DNA of 64,000 nt from Leidyana gryllorum EB-2025a (GCA_048772705.1 JBLWGC010000143.1:84688-148687), one strand, 5' to 3'. Counted from the first letter of the stretch, positions 10,236-23,486 are shown. The notes: generated from the letters alone by a model not told the origin. A program made the numbers and translations.

Positions 10236-12496
10236 ATGATATGGACGGGTTTTGGGCAGGAAGAGCGCTCTCAGCCGCCCGCTCGCGCTCCTCCTAAGAA
10301 GCCTCCGGTGGCGAGCACATCGCGCAGAGAAGTTTCTTCATCATCAGCAACACCCACCTTGCCGACTTTATCACGGTCCAACTCGTACTTCAGGTCGGCC
10401 ACTGCCAGAGTGCGCGATCTGCTGTGGGGCACCCCAGCACCCAATCTCCCACACTCGAGCTCTTTGTTGGTCACCCCCAACAAGTCCCCATCGCCCGTCC
10501 CGAGTTTCCGACCATCACCCCCCCCATCGCCTTCCCTCGGCAGCTTACCCGGACCCTTCCTCGCTCCCGAACCCGGCCGATGCCGGAGTCTCTCGCCTCG
10601 CCCCTTCATCTTGGTGTCCCATCAGTTGGTGCCACCCGACCCGGAGTCTCACTCGGCGACCTTCGTGGGACTCGACCTCTTTGAGAGATTTCGCCGGAAA
10701 CAGAGACCGCGAATCACTGAGGGACCCGAAGTCCACCCTGCCAGAGTCTTTCGCTCATGTGCCCAGGCTGTCCAGTTAGACCTCCTGGACATCGACGATG
10801 TGGCACACTCCTCCTCCCCCCACGGATCGGCTATGACACTCAAAGATGCGCTTGAAACTCCACGTACAAAAGCCGGATCTCCAATCTCAATCACCCAAGA
10901 GATACAAGAAGCCGTTCAAGTAGCTGAACATCGGTTTGTGGCCGACTCGTACTCGTCGTTGGCCTACCTACGGGGCGTTCTCGTGATTAAACCTTCGAGT
11001 TTGGAACGATACGATGCCGAGCGGAACCTCAGCCGTAAAGTCAATATGGTTGCCGCACCCAGCTCTCCCCGCTCGGCCGAGTCGGATCCCGATGTCGACA
11101 ATCTTGTTATGGCGGCTGCTGTCAAAATAGCTGGAATGGGCCGCGTTTTGATCTGTGTCGCGAAGGTGAGAAAGACAAAGAGTACGCCGCCTTCCACCTT
11201 ATGCACACAAACACTGTTCATTCAGACTCGGAAGATTTATGTGTTCGAGTGCACCACCCTCCGACTGCTCACTCACTTCTCTCTGGAGGGCTACGAGACC
11301 GGCTGGCTGAAATATGCAACAGAAAAGTGCGCCCGTCCTCCCCCTTACTCCTTCCTGGCGCCCTCGTCCCTGCTGTGCCCGGACGGCTTCGCCAGACACG
11401 AGGGTCAGCTCTTCATCGGGAGCAGTTCGGGCCTCGTACAAGTGTGGCGCTTACCATGCACTGTGTGTGAGTGTATGCTGCCTCCACCCTTACCGCTCGG
11501 CGAGCCTTGCCCGGTGATTGGCATCGCATGGCAGAGGTTTCCTGTCTATGAAGGGACGCTGAGAGACATTGCCGCCCCAGACGACTGGCCACTGAAGGTC
11601 CCGACCCGCAATAGAACGTATTTGTGGATCTTCTATGGCGATGGTCGAGGCGCCCTGTGGCAAATAATTGGCAGCGCCCCGGATAATGACGTCCGCCGGC
11701 GCCGAATGATGGTATGGGGTGACGTTCAGGGGAACTGGAGCTCTGACTTTGCCCCTATCGACAAACGCTACATCCATACCTGCAGTCGGTTCTGCCTCCA
11801 AGACATATTCCAGTAAGCACAGCCACTCAAAGAAGGATCTTAATCTTCTCTCCCTTTGCAGCTGGAATGGTTGCGATATAGAAGAGGATCGTAGTGCAAA
11901 GTCCTCCGAAGTTTCCCCTTGCGCGTCCAAGATTCTACAATTACTGTCATTCGAATTGAGCCCAATAGTGCTGGCCCTGGCAGTAGATGCAGAAGGACGC
12001 GTTGGCTTACTCAGCCTGAGTCCGCTGATACCGAAACCCATTGCTGACTTTACACCTCTGAGTACTCTGCAAGTGAATTGTGAGGGCCACCCGCTGGCTT
12101 GTATCGCCCGGCTGAGCGTGGGGCCGGGTGACACACCCAAAGACGCTCTTATTCTGGAATCTAGCGGATTAGTTCACGTCATTCTGGTGGACTCCAAGCC
12201 CATCGAAGTCGGCAATAATCATATATATATATCTTTCCGACACTTTGCTACTGTCTTAGGTGAGCATGACGGAATCGCGCACATTCATTGTCGTCCGCAG
12301 TCGAGACTCAGGAGCCCGTGGCGTCCATGAGGTATGAGGAGGCTTTCGATGAGCTATTGCTGGGCCTTCGCAGGTAAGCTGTCTTCAAATGGAGGTAATG
12401 TCATCCGCACTTGCCGTTGACAGGGGAGAGGTGCTGGGGATTCCAAATTTGTCACAGCAATTACTGCGGCACAGTCAAGCAATGGGTGCTGATTAG
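10236..12496 (+). CDS. Hypothetical protein with Pro/Ser-rich N-terminus and probable divergent beta-propeller
   Basis: Repeated blade-like motifs LFIGSSSGLVQVW, LWIFYGDGRGALW, LAVDAEGRVGLL, LILESSGLVHVI, LLLGLRRGEVLGI; spliced frame ends at TAG 12494-12496. Confidence 0.55.
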
Positions 12497-13637
12497 TTCT
12501 CGTCTGAGCGCGACAAGAGTTGGAGAACATTGATAAAGAGATTTATTATGTCCTGCGACGAGCTTCCGAACAATGTATCCAACTGCTTACCATGTATAGT
12601 GCAAGGGAGATCATAACATATTGATCTTCCGAGACGCTCAATACTTTACCTCCAACCTGGCATTGCGTTGCCGTCATAGAAGAACACTAATAAGCGACTC
12701 ACGAGCAGCTGGGTGTCGATCACGATGTAGGCCGAAAAGATTAAGGCTCCTCCAACAGCGTAGAGAGTTTCCAGGAATGATGAATGGGGGAACAACATCC
12801 GAATGAAGCCTGCGTAAAGCACAATGCTCTGTCCTTTTGGTGGAGTTTGAGAGCTCACCGAGCCCCACGAGGCCTAAGAGGGCAATGAACATCACTCCAC
12901 TCAGTATGGTTAAGTCCCATTTGGTTTGCATTCTGTTGTTGACGACGACCATGAGTCCAGTATTCCCGAGTTGGTTCAACGTACGCGAAAGCCGTTAAGC
13001 CTGCGACCATCAGGAAGGTGCATACGAATGCTTGAAGTACCACTGACTGCCCCCGAGTTGCAGCTGTCCATTGGAGAAGTTAGTTAGCAGTGACACGTAA
13101 TCCTACTCACCGACTACTGCGCAAACAGCTCCCAGGGTCAACGCTTGACATACAGTGAAGCCGAATAGCAGATATAGATTGGTGGGATGCCTTTCGGTAG
13201 CACCGGGAATGCAGGTCAGGGCGCAGATGACCCCCAAACTGTCGCAAACCTCATCCACGGGAGTGTACACGACCAACCATACCTTGCTACGGCTCCGAAC
13301 ATAGGCAGCCAACTCCCTGACGTAACAATCCATATCCGCCAGCTCTCATTGACTGTGAAGAAGGCCTGTCGGAACGCTGTCCTTGAGCAGACTGGTGAAA
13401 CACACTTCACATACCCCGATGAATGTTGTCAATGCCACTTGTGTCAATAGAATCCCATAGACCTTCTTGATGAATCCATGGCGAATCTCGCGGGCGCGTT
13501 TCGCGTCAAACTAAATAAGCATGCTGATCGTGTTTCCAGCTCAGACCGGCGCTCACCTCGAGCGACTCTGGATCCATGTACTCATGTTGTGGCACCAAAG
13601 GGTGCTGTTCAGGAGCTATGGGAGTAGCACTGTGCAT
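12493..13637 (-). CDS. TMBIM / Bax inhibitor-1 family (Lifeguard/GAAP-like) membrane protein
   Basis: IRHGFIKKVYGILLTQ, HPTNLYLLFGFT, QTKWDLT, YIVIDTQ, EDQYVMISLALYMDIINLF; both di-aspartyl residues present. Confidence 0.9.
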
Positions 13638-13667
13638 TGAAGAAATAAATCTGTGGAGGGCAGGCTA

Positions 13668-16600
13668 ATGGAGGACGGAAAGAGCTTTTCGCCTACCGAC
13701 TTCTTTAGGCCGTCGCCTGTATCCAGCCCTCTGATTCGACTGCGAACCCTCGACCGCAGAAAGAGCCTGTCGTCTCCCGATGATAATGAAGGTCCCAATG
13801 CCGGAAGTATAAGTCGCTCAAGCGCTACACCAAGTAGTGAGGCCAGAACTGGTATACACCTTCCTACTGTTCGAACACACGAAGCCTCTGGTCGGCGAGC
13901 GGCCCTAAGTCCTATCAGAAGGCAAAGTCAAGCCACTTCTCGTGCGGAAAGCCCCAGCGTACTTCCACGCGGTTCTGGACAATGGAGAGATCGGAGTGGT
14001 AATGGTTCGCAAGCAACTGGTTCTCAGGGTGCAGGATCACAAGTGGACACCTATCCGTCTCTGTGAGTGCTCGCGTGTGCGAAGTCTATTGTTTGTGATA
14101 GATTTCAGGATGTGCCCGGCCCCACTAGTGGGAATGACCCTGTCCTTGACTCTACGCTGTACGAAACCTCTAGGGCAAGGTCACAAAGTCGCTCCCGAGT
14201 ACGTCAAATGTCAAAGTATTTACCCTTTCGACGCGGAAGTCGTGCAAGCTTCAAAACTTCTTCGCGTCGAGGCTCATTGGGGGCCCCCACGGATATTTCA
14301 GGAGCTAAGAGCTCAAATTCAGGACCGTCTGGGGTGATATTGTCACCTGGAGGGCCTGCAGAGGGCACAATTGGGGACAGCAACTCGTGGTCAGCGTTGC
14401 CACACGATGTCGCCAACCAGCCTAGTATGGAATTATCTTATGGGGGCGGCGAGAGCGCTGCCACAACAGCTGCTGGAACAACAGCGAAGAAGAAGAAGAA
14501 AGGACTGTTGAAGCGAATGTTTGGAGGCGGGTCTTCGAAGAAGAAGGAGGAACCCGTTCCGCCACTAGACCTTGGGGCCCGTCTACAGGCTGAGGAGGAA
14601 GAGAATCGGTCACTTTCGAGCAAGCGCGGTTCAAATGCGCACGGCAGCAGTCGACGTGAGTGGTGCAATAGGTGTGCAGACAGCTCTGGTCTTGTTTCAG
14701 GTTCGTCTCGTTCGTCGAGCTTCCGAGACTTGTTCCGGATCACCACCCATCGCAGTCGTAAATCATCCAGTCATATGTCGGGTGCGAGCAGTGCTGATGC
14801 TACGTCGATAGCGGCCTCTGGATCTTTTCTGCCGCCCCCTGGGGATACCAGCTTCGTGGCTCCCCCTGAGGAGGAGAAGAAGAAGAGAAAAACGTTCGCT
14901 CAAAAGCTGTTTGGTACCGGCAAGTCGAAGAAGAGCAAAAGTTTGGCTCCGAGTGAGAGCGCAAAGCCGTCAGTATCCTTCAACCAGGACCCAACCATCC
15001 GATCGTATTCTTTCCTGCGCGAAACACCGTCTAACATAACACCCGAGGTCGTGGCAGGCGGCCCTGTTACTTTGACCGTCAGTGCTCCGACAGATGACCA
15101 GAAGAGTGTCAGTGCGGCCTCCACCAAGTCGAAGAGTGGTAAGAAGAAGGGATGGGGTATTCCATGGGGTGGAGGCTCCAAATCCAAGAAGAGCGCCAAA
15201 GCAAAGGCGAAAGAGGCGGCAGAGTTGGGGGACGTAATCCCAGATGGCATGAATCTTGAAGCTTTACTCGAGGGGTCTATGGCGCCTGCATCGGCAGAGG
15301 AGAAGAAAGTATCCCCTCGCGTGACTGAGCAAGCTATACAGGAGGAGGAGAAGGAGAGGCTACAGCATCTGCAGGAGCAGACGAGGGACGAGTTTTTGAA
15401 AGCCCTGAGAGAGATCATGAAGGCCTTCTTGGTTCGTCAAGGGAAACACTGCATGTGGAAATATGAGCAGCTGAATATGCTTCTGTCCCAGCAGGAAGCG
15501 CGAATATCAGCCAACAAAGCACTTACCGACAATGACGAGTTTGGTATTCAGAAGTTTATGGACGAGCAAGCAGAGCGGAAGCGCCAGGAGACCCTCGAGT
15601 TGGCCAAAGCCGTGAAAGAGACTGGGCGGAATCTGGTCTATGTTGCCCAAACTGGATCTCTGCAAGATCTGAAACGGGTTGATTGGCGCATTGTGAGCGT
15701 CCAGGAGCAAGTAGATGCAATGCGAGTTGCTTTCACGATGACCCAATTGTCGAGGCTTATCTATCATATGTTTGATGATGCAGAGTTCCGCCAAGCGATG
15801 GCCGCTATCTACCGGGAAAATGAGTCCCAGATTGAATCATGGGTTCATGAAGGATACATCAGACAACCACACGACACGAGTCACTTTGCTGAGAAAGACT
15901 TCCGCCAGGTCGGACAACTGAGACAAGGCAAATTACTCCTCGACCACATGGACAACTTGATGGAAAGAGCCGCTGCCACCTCCAGTGAGAGCTACTACAC
16001 AGAGGTGAGATCAGACTCCGAGGAGTGTTCCTATCTCTACTTGTTATCAGATGGTCAATCTGGCTACCGAGATCGAGAACTTACGCAAGCGCTTGTCCCA
16101 CATAGTGTCCGCAGCATTCGACTATCTGAAAGTCAATCTGGTTCCGTCATCGCCCAATGATTCTGACAGATTCCTCAGCGGCCCAAATCCAGCTGTACAA
16201 ACCTTCATCATCCCTAAATTCATCAATCAGAAGATGAGGGTGTTGGATGGGACGTCGAACGGTCCATCTTCCACCACGGCTTCCACAGATCTGCTGCAAC
16301 GAAAGGAGGACATCCTCCGTCGGCTCGCTCGCAGATCAAACGCGCCTGTTGGAGAAGGTTTTGCTCTCACAGCATCGCGCGATCAATTAGAGGACTTGGA
16401 GAAACGATTGGGAGGCAAATGGGGATCATATCGTCTCTTCGACCAGTAAGGGGCACTGTGACACACTCCTACTTATCACCTCCCTCCTCCCAGGTGGTTA
16501 CACGACAGCATGCGCTGGCAATGGCAAGACGTTTTGGCAAACTCAGAGCACACGAAAAGCCGTGGAGCTCTAGAACAAGTCATTGAAGAGAAGAAAGAGA

Positions 16601-19600
16601 AAGTCAATCAAATGTTGGAGAAGAAACTAGCACAACTTTGGGCTGGCCGTGCACAGACTGTGAAGGAGGACTCTGTCGAGCGCTTGCAAAAGTATCTGCT
16701 GGAGGCTATCAATCAACGTCCTCCCATTCTAATCACTGCTGAGGCTCGAGACTTAGAGCGGAAGGCTATGGCGGCTGAGGAACAACGAGCTTCTCTTCTG
16801 CGAGTTCTGGAAGGACCGATAGGCCGCGAGGTCATCCGCAAAGCACCGGAATACGTCAAGAAAGAACAGATGGCGATTCATGGCGCTCAAGAAGTAGATA
16901 GAATTCTGATATGCGCACGAGACATCAGATCGGCCATTGAGGCTGACAGAACTATCATCAACGACGTCGAACTACAGACGATTTTGGAGGACCTGAACGC
17001 CGAAACCAAGAAGGTTTGGCAGTCCGTGTCAGGGATTAAAGTAAGTGTCAGTTCTCAGCGAACAAGAATATCGATCTCTCTTTCTCGTAGAAACAACGAG
17101 AGTCTAAGGAGGCTACCATGTTGCATCAGCGAGAACAGGCAGAAAAGAAGCTGAGGGAGGCCTCTAAGGCCCTTGAAGATGAACGAAAGAAGCTGGCCGA
17201 GATTGAGAGTGCGAATGTAGATAGCTTGGAGGAAGAGCTTGCTCGAGTCAAGAGCGATCTTGCCGACGCTAAGCAGCAGATCACGATGGCTGTACAAGAG
17301 AGGAAACAGAGTAAGGAGAGATCGAAAGAGTTGGAGAAGGAGATCAAAGAGAATAAACGTCTGCTTGCGCTAGAGACCAAAAAGCTGAAGCAGGTCGACA
17401 AGGAACGGTCGACTGCTCAGGCAACTCTCTCTGTGCGAACTAACAAATACTCGGCTCTGCTCAATCAATTAAGCGATCTACGCTCGCCAGTGGCCACACC
17501 AAGCGCCGTTGGTGCGCCGTCGTCGATCGGCGGAACCTCAGAGATGAGTGGCCCAGACGGCAGCTATGTGCCAGTGACCCTATCTGCTATAAATGGTGGT
17601 GAGAAGAAAAAGAAGTCACCCAAGAAGAACAGAGGTTGGCTCGGAGTTTTTGGGGGGAACTCCAAGAAGACGTTAACAGTCCAAAACTCGCAACCGCGGA
17701 GAGCTGCGACAAATGTGGTCCCCGAGGCGACAGGAGAGGCGGATTTACCCTCCGAGAGTTCTACCAAGAACGATCCCCTAGCCACCGCTCTTGCTCACCC
17801 GCGACACTCCGCCCCAGCTGCTGCGAGTGTTATAGCGGACCTCAATGCAATGATACAGGAGGACTTCCCTCATCTCCGGAAGACCCCCGTGCCGGCTGTA
17901 CCCAATGACGAACCACCTCTACCCACCACATCAAACGGCATTGCAAAAGCCTTCGGCGGTGCCCAATCCGATGTGGGAGCTCCGGTACCCGATGCCAAGG
18001 CGGCATCGTCGGAGGTCGGCGCCTACAGGCCAAGCCCACAGGTCGGGAGAGCCCAGCCATTAGCGCTTGCAGCAGATGCCGATGTGAGTAGGGCCGGCAA
18101 GAGCGATCTGTCTGGAAACACGTTAAACCGTTCGACCACCGGACAAGTTATCATCCCGGCATTACCTCTGAGCGGTATTAGTGAGCCCACTCGAGGCCCA
18201 TTTCTGAGCCAGGACGCGGCTCCCTATGTTCCGACCTCGAGCGAGGTGATGTCGGAAGCAGGACCGACACAAAAGAAGAGGAAGCCGATATGGAAGAAGT
18301 GGGTAGGAGGCGGTAGTGGGAAGCAAAAACCCAAACGAGTTCAATCCTCTCAGTCTCGTGGGCTGATACCCCCCGAGCGACGAGAGTCCCTGTCGGAGCC
18401 TTGTGCGGACCGCAACAGCGAATATAATAGTCAGCCGGGTCTGCAACCGTCCCCGTCAGATGTTTCTGCCTCCAATGTGGCGAGTAAGAAGAAGGGAAGG
18501 ACCGGTGTATGGCTTTGGCGAAAGGCACGGAGCTCGAGCAAAAAGAAGCCAGCGAGCACGGATGGTCAGAACTCCAGCGCCACTGCGTCGGTGACTGCAG
18601 CCAATCGTCGTGCGGTGGAATGGCGGCTGTCAACACAGCGCAGACGATTGTCGAGCACCGATGGGTACAATACCCACAGTGAAACCGTTCCATCATACGA
18701 TCGACCCCTGCGAGGAAGTGTCGACACAATGGTGATTCCCCCTCCAAAGCCAATCTTTTCTGTCGAAGACGAGAGCGGCCTGGACAGAGAGAAACCGGCT
18801 ACCGAGACTTTCGCCATTCATACCCCTCCGGCGTCCGTAGGGGAACTGGGCGGGGTGGACTCGGCACGCAATCAGCTCGATGGAAGTGACTCGGGGCTCC
18901 ACGAGCAGCAGTCTCAAGCACCAGCCCTGAGCTCGATTGCTGGGCAGAGTCAGGAGTCGGCCGCTGTCCTTCACAATCTCACCCCGCCGTCTTCCCCCCA
19001 TGAGTCTGTTGAAGGCCGAATGAGGGACACTTTCGAAGCTCACCAGTCGGAATCCTCGAGAGTCACTGAGCTCCCGACAACCTATCAGCAGACTCCGAAG
19101 ATGCCCCCAAACCGCACCTACCAGGTTGCGGCTGGCTCCTTGACGGAAGCAGACCAAGCGGCGTCTGTTATGGGCGCCTCCCGAGCTGAGGCTGAGATGC
19201 GAGCGCGCTCGAGACGTGCCTCCACGGGAGGGATGTATGCTTCATCGGTGGAAGGAGGCGAGCGAGTTGAGAGTCCCTTACAGCGGCTCGCCAGCGACAT
19301 TATTTCTGATCGGGAGACTCCGAGTCCGCCCCCGAAGCCACGACTGCTGAGAAATCCTTCGTCGAGCCCGAGCTTAGTGGTTCTGAGTCCGCCGTCGGAT
19401 AGTGAACGGCCGCGACCGAATGCTGATGAAGAGAGTCCCATGACGAACAACACGGTGGATCGGCCGAGGGCGTCATTAGATAGCGACCGTCGCTTGGGTG
19501 TCTCGCCAAGATTTGGACAATCAGAGAATTCCCCGAGGACGGAAGTGTCAATGGATTTGGCCCGCAGCGCGGAAGAACTCCAGGAGAGCCGAGAGAGTCG

Positions 19601-21616
19601 AGAACTGTCAGACGGTCGGAACCGTCAGGCAAGTTTTGCATCATTCGCCCCCCGGGCAGCGATGAGGTCAGACGAGTATGAACCTCCCCGCCGGCGACGT
19701 TTCATGTCCGATTCGGACTCGGATTTCCAACCAGCTGGTCGCAGAGCCCTCCACTCGCTGGACGACATTGAAGAGACGGCTCCCCCAAGTGTGATGATTT
19801 CTCAGCCGGGTGAGGAGGGAATGACTCCCATTGAACAGATCACTCCCCGCAAGAACCAGTCGGTGACGTGGCGGCCTAAGGTCGACATCTCGGAGTTTGT
19901 CGCGAGGAATACCGAATCTCGTTCCAGCACGCCTTCCCTCTCCGCGTCGAATGCCCAAAGCCAAGGGGCTCGACTGGGGGCACTTACCACCGAGAATGTA
20001 CGGCGACACAGCCAGGATCCGGAGTCTCAGAGTGAGCAAGTGGTTCCCGAGGAGAAGTCCGAAGCGGAGTACAGTAAAGCTTCAAAGAAGTCAAACAAGT
20101 CAGTGATGAGCTGGCTGGGATTGGGTGGCAAGAGCAAGAAGAACCGACGGAGCTCCACCGGGGATATACAAGTGGCCCAGGAGAGTGTTGAGAGTCCTCC
20201 ACAGCCACAGTCAGAAGGAGGAGGTTTCGATCGAAGCTCGTCTCCGTCGGAAAAGATGTTGAGGATGGGCCCAAGCAGCGAACCATCAGTGATTGGAGAG
20301 GGCGAGGATGATGCTCTTCCACCTGAGGCTATGAAAGCGTCCACGGGTACCAAACGCGTTCCCTATGTGCCCAGACCGAGACGGCCCAGCTCGAGTTGCC
20401 GCATTCTCTTCCAAGAAGACTTTGGTCCAGATGCAGTACCGTTACTGGCTGACTTGTTACCCCGATGGGAGATCACGTGTTTGCTGTCGCAAGAGGAGAG
20501 GCTCACATTGGAAAGACTCGCAGAAGTCCAGCACTACGCAGCAGACGAACTTGTGTACAAAACTGGAGAGCCGATGACCCATTTGATCTGTGTTCAGAAC
20601 GGCAGGTTACAGGGGCTCGAATGCGCTCTTGATTCGGTGAGTGTTCATGACGCCTATCGTCGCTGCTTTGGTATGAATGGAACTTGTTGTGTTCAGGAGC
20701 TCGTGGATTCCAGCAGAGATGGTGGATCCGCGGAACAGGTGATGGAGGACTATCGTCCGGCGGACATGGTGTTCGACCGCGAGCTCGCAGAGTGGATCAC
20801 TAAGCGCCCCGATGACGCGGCACCTCCGGAAGTACCGCTTGACGTCCGAGCTCACGAGGACAGTGTGGTGTGGCGCATTCCGGTGGAAGGAATCCGCAAC
20901 GCTGTCGAAAGGAGCCGACGGAGAGTAGTGGTTCAGCTCGCGAAGCGACTGAGGAGCATTGGACCTCTGAAGAATCTGACAAGTGAAGAGCTTCTGGGAG
21001 TTGCCAACAGCTTGAGGCCCCGTTTGATGTGTCAGGCTGGAAGTTTGTTAGGTGGTGACAAAATATCAACCCGATCCTTCTGGTTAGTCTGGCAAGGGTG
21101 TATGGTGGCAACGGATCCGACAAATGAGCGGATGGAGCAATACCACCAGCATGATGTGTTCGGATTGGAGGCGTTTGTGGAGAATCAACCACCCGCGCAA
21201 GTTGATTTGTCTGCTCAAGAACATCCTACAATTGTGTTTAAAGTGACTGTGGAGGATGTTGAGAACGCCGCTCGCGAAAGTCTGGATACGATTTGTGCAC
21301 GGTGAGCAGTGTCGGTGCTGAGACGCACAGTAAATGTTTCGTTCTCAGGTATCCTTCAAAAGAGTCCGATATACCGTCAATGATGGCATCCATGGAATCG
21401 GTATCAGTTATCGGTGATGCATATAAACGTGATAGGAAGAGGAAGGGGTTGGCCGGTGTGTTAAGCAAGCCAGCCAAACTACTGGGAATGAAATCGTCCA
21501 AACCAACCTCCAAGAGTGTGGTTGGATCTCGAAGTAAAGCGCCCCCACGGCGATCTTCGGGGAAGATTCGGGGATCAGATGACGGATTGAGGGCCGTTAC
21601 TGAGGAGAGTAATTGA
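13668..21616 (+). CDS. Giant (~2,500 aa) disordered/coiled-coil protein with two degenerate C-terminal cNMP-binding-like domains
   Basis: Consecutive long exons joined by short GT-AG introns; coiled coil ~15300-17470; QHYAADELVYKTGEPMTHLICVQNGRL and IGPLKNLTSEEL...FWLVWQG...DVFGLEAF resemble cNMP domains. Confidence 0.65.
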
Positions 21617-21660
21617 GCGTTTTTTGATGGGAAAGTTACGTCTTTTTATTTGAACATAAC

Positions 21661-22428
21661 ATGATCTTCACTACTCTGTCCTTTCTTCTACTCACACAAT
21701 GTACAGGTGCCCAACTCAAGGTGGGCCGACCACAAGCCGTTGTAATGAGGTCGCCGAGGGCGCCTGCCATACCCACTGAACTCATCGTACAGCCCACCTT
21801 TGATGGATGTGCGGCGAACATGGATGAATGCTCACGTGTGAATAATTTGCCATCTTTGATTGAATGCCGCGATGCAGTTGAGCAAGTAGCTGGTTGTGAC
21901 TTTACCATCAAGTCTCTGCGTGCATTTATCCCACCCACCAAGCAGTATCAGTGCCATTCTCGCTATGTATGGGGAATAGACCTCTCCTCACTCAGTGGAT
22001 ACTCACTGGTCAATAATGCTCGTGTCCGTGGTTTATGGGAGCCTGACTGTCAGGAACCTATCTTTGCATTCTCAGCTCGAACGCTAAACTGCAGATTGCA
22101 TGGCGAGACTTTGACACCCTCTTCCATTTCAAAAAGTAGCGAGAAGGGAGATCTTATCATAGAATTTAACGGATTAGATGTTTCGAATACCACAACATTA
22201 CTGTTCACACGACCTTCCTGTGCCTTGGACGACAAAGCGCTGAGCCAAGTGGTGCTGAGTCTATCACTCGCAACCACCCCCCAGAACGAAGGAGCCCCCT
22301 ATGAAACAATGCTACTCCGGGACGAAATTGACTTTGCTGAAGTGTCGGAAGGAATCAACGCGGCCTTCCTGACCTCCGTATCTAGTGGCATCATCAGTGC
22401 TGCAATATATGGTGCACTCTCCTACTAA
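21661..22428 (+). CDS. Cys-rich secreted/surface protein (signal peptide, hydrophobic C-terminus)
   Basis: MIFTTLSFLLLTQCTGA signal; multiple Cys; C-terminal INAAFLTSVSSGIISAAIYGALSY (TM or GPI signal). Confidence 0.7.
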   Translation: MIFTTLSFLLLTQCTGAQLKVGRPQAVVMRSPRAPAIPTELIVQPTFDGCAANMDECSRVNNLPSLIECRDAVEQVAGCDFTIKSLRAFIPPTKQYQCHSRYVWGIDLSSLSGYSLVNNARVRGLWEPDCQEPIFAFSARTLNCRLHGETLTPSSISKSSEKGDLIIEFNGLDVSNTTTLLFTRPSCALDDKALSQVVLSLSLATTPQNEGAPYETMLLRDEIDFAEVSEGINAAFLTSVSSGIISAAIYGALSY

Positions 22429-22482
22429 CGAAAAACCAACCCCCCACACTGTTTGTGCTCATAGCAAAGAGCGCACCCTAAG

Positions 22483-22752
22483 ATGCCGGAACCACGAGCG
22501 GCACGCGATATGGAACCAGGTGATCGACAGACACTGCAGGATCTGTGTCAGCCACTCGGCGTTATTTTGCGGGACCGGCCGTTGCTGAAACGGTTCGGAC
22601 AAGCTATGATTATCGGAGGCCTGACAACTTATGTCCCAGGGCTCGTGTTGCTACCCTCAAAGCGAGCCAGACACGGCGCCTTCATGTTTGGGGCGGGGGT
22701 AGGTTTCGGATGGACTCTTCGAAACCTTACGTTCGTTGCCGAAGACGTTTGA
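22483..22752 (+). CDS. Mic10-like small mitochondrial inner-membrane protein
   Basis: 89 aa; two hydrophobic segments separated by basic KRAR; GxGxGxG motif FGAGVGFGW. Confidence 0.55.
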   Translation: MPEPRAARDMEPGDRQTLQDLCQPLGVILRDRPLLKRFGQAMIIGGLTTYVPGLVLLPSKRARHGAFMFGAGVGFGWTLRNLTFVAEDV

Positions 22753-22851
22753 ATTCGATGCTGAAGGCATGATCTGTAGGTGCGTGCGATTGTGTTCGAT
22801 CGAACTTTTTTGGCATTCTGCGTTTGTCCACGAATTGGCAAAGATTCATTT

Positions 22852-23486
22852 ATGAAGGTTGTTGAAACACTGAAGTAAGCAATTCCAACCTATACCGATC
22901 AGTCTCAACGTAGCAAGATAGCGCAGGCAGAGATTGCCGCAGAGCTGGAAGAAGTTACCAGAGCTACACATCTTGCGTCCATCAAAGATTATGAGCACCT
23001 TATCAAAAACACGGAAGTACATCTTCGGCACCTCTTAGACCAAAACAAAGCTCACCACGACAATTGGGAGAGACACAGAGCGAACATCAACTCCCTCAAA
23101 GTCCATATTGATGCACAGAGGGCCGATCGACAACGTTGTGAGCGTGAGATTCTCCATCTTAAGGGTCAACAGGACTTTCTGACTGTCAAACCTGTAAGTG
23201 GCTGCGACTCATCTGCGCTTACATGAAACACAGCGGATTCTACCCAATTATCACGAAAAGCTCGCATATTTGCGTGTCGATCCGGAGCACGTGTCTGCAC
23301 AGGTACGGTTCTTCCCCTCGAGAAATATAGTTCGCTTTTCAGATTTCGGAGTTGATCCAGCAGTCAATTGCCGCCAAGCGCCGAATTCGTCCTGAAGAGT
23401 TGGGGCGCTCAGCAACCAAGAAATACCATGGGGAAGCGGGTGACGAAAATAAAAGAGGAGAAACCGCCTGTGAGAGTACAAATTAG
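22852..23486 (+). CDS. Small coiled-coil hypothetical protein (4 exons; largely absent from the ORF track)
   Basis: Manual splice: MKVVETLN|KIAQAEIAAELEEV...FLTVKP|RILPNYHEKL...SAQ|ISELIQQ...ESTN*, with canonical GT-AG introns preserving frame. Confidence 0.55.
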
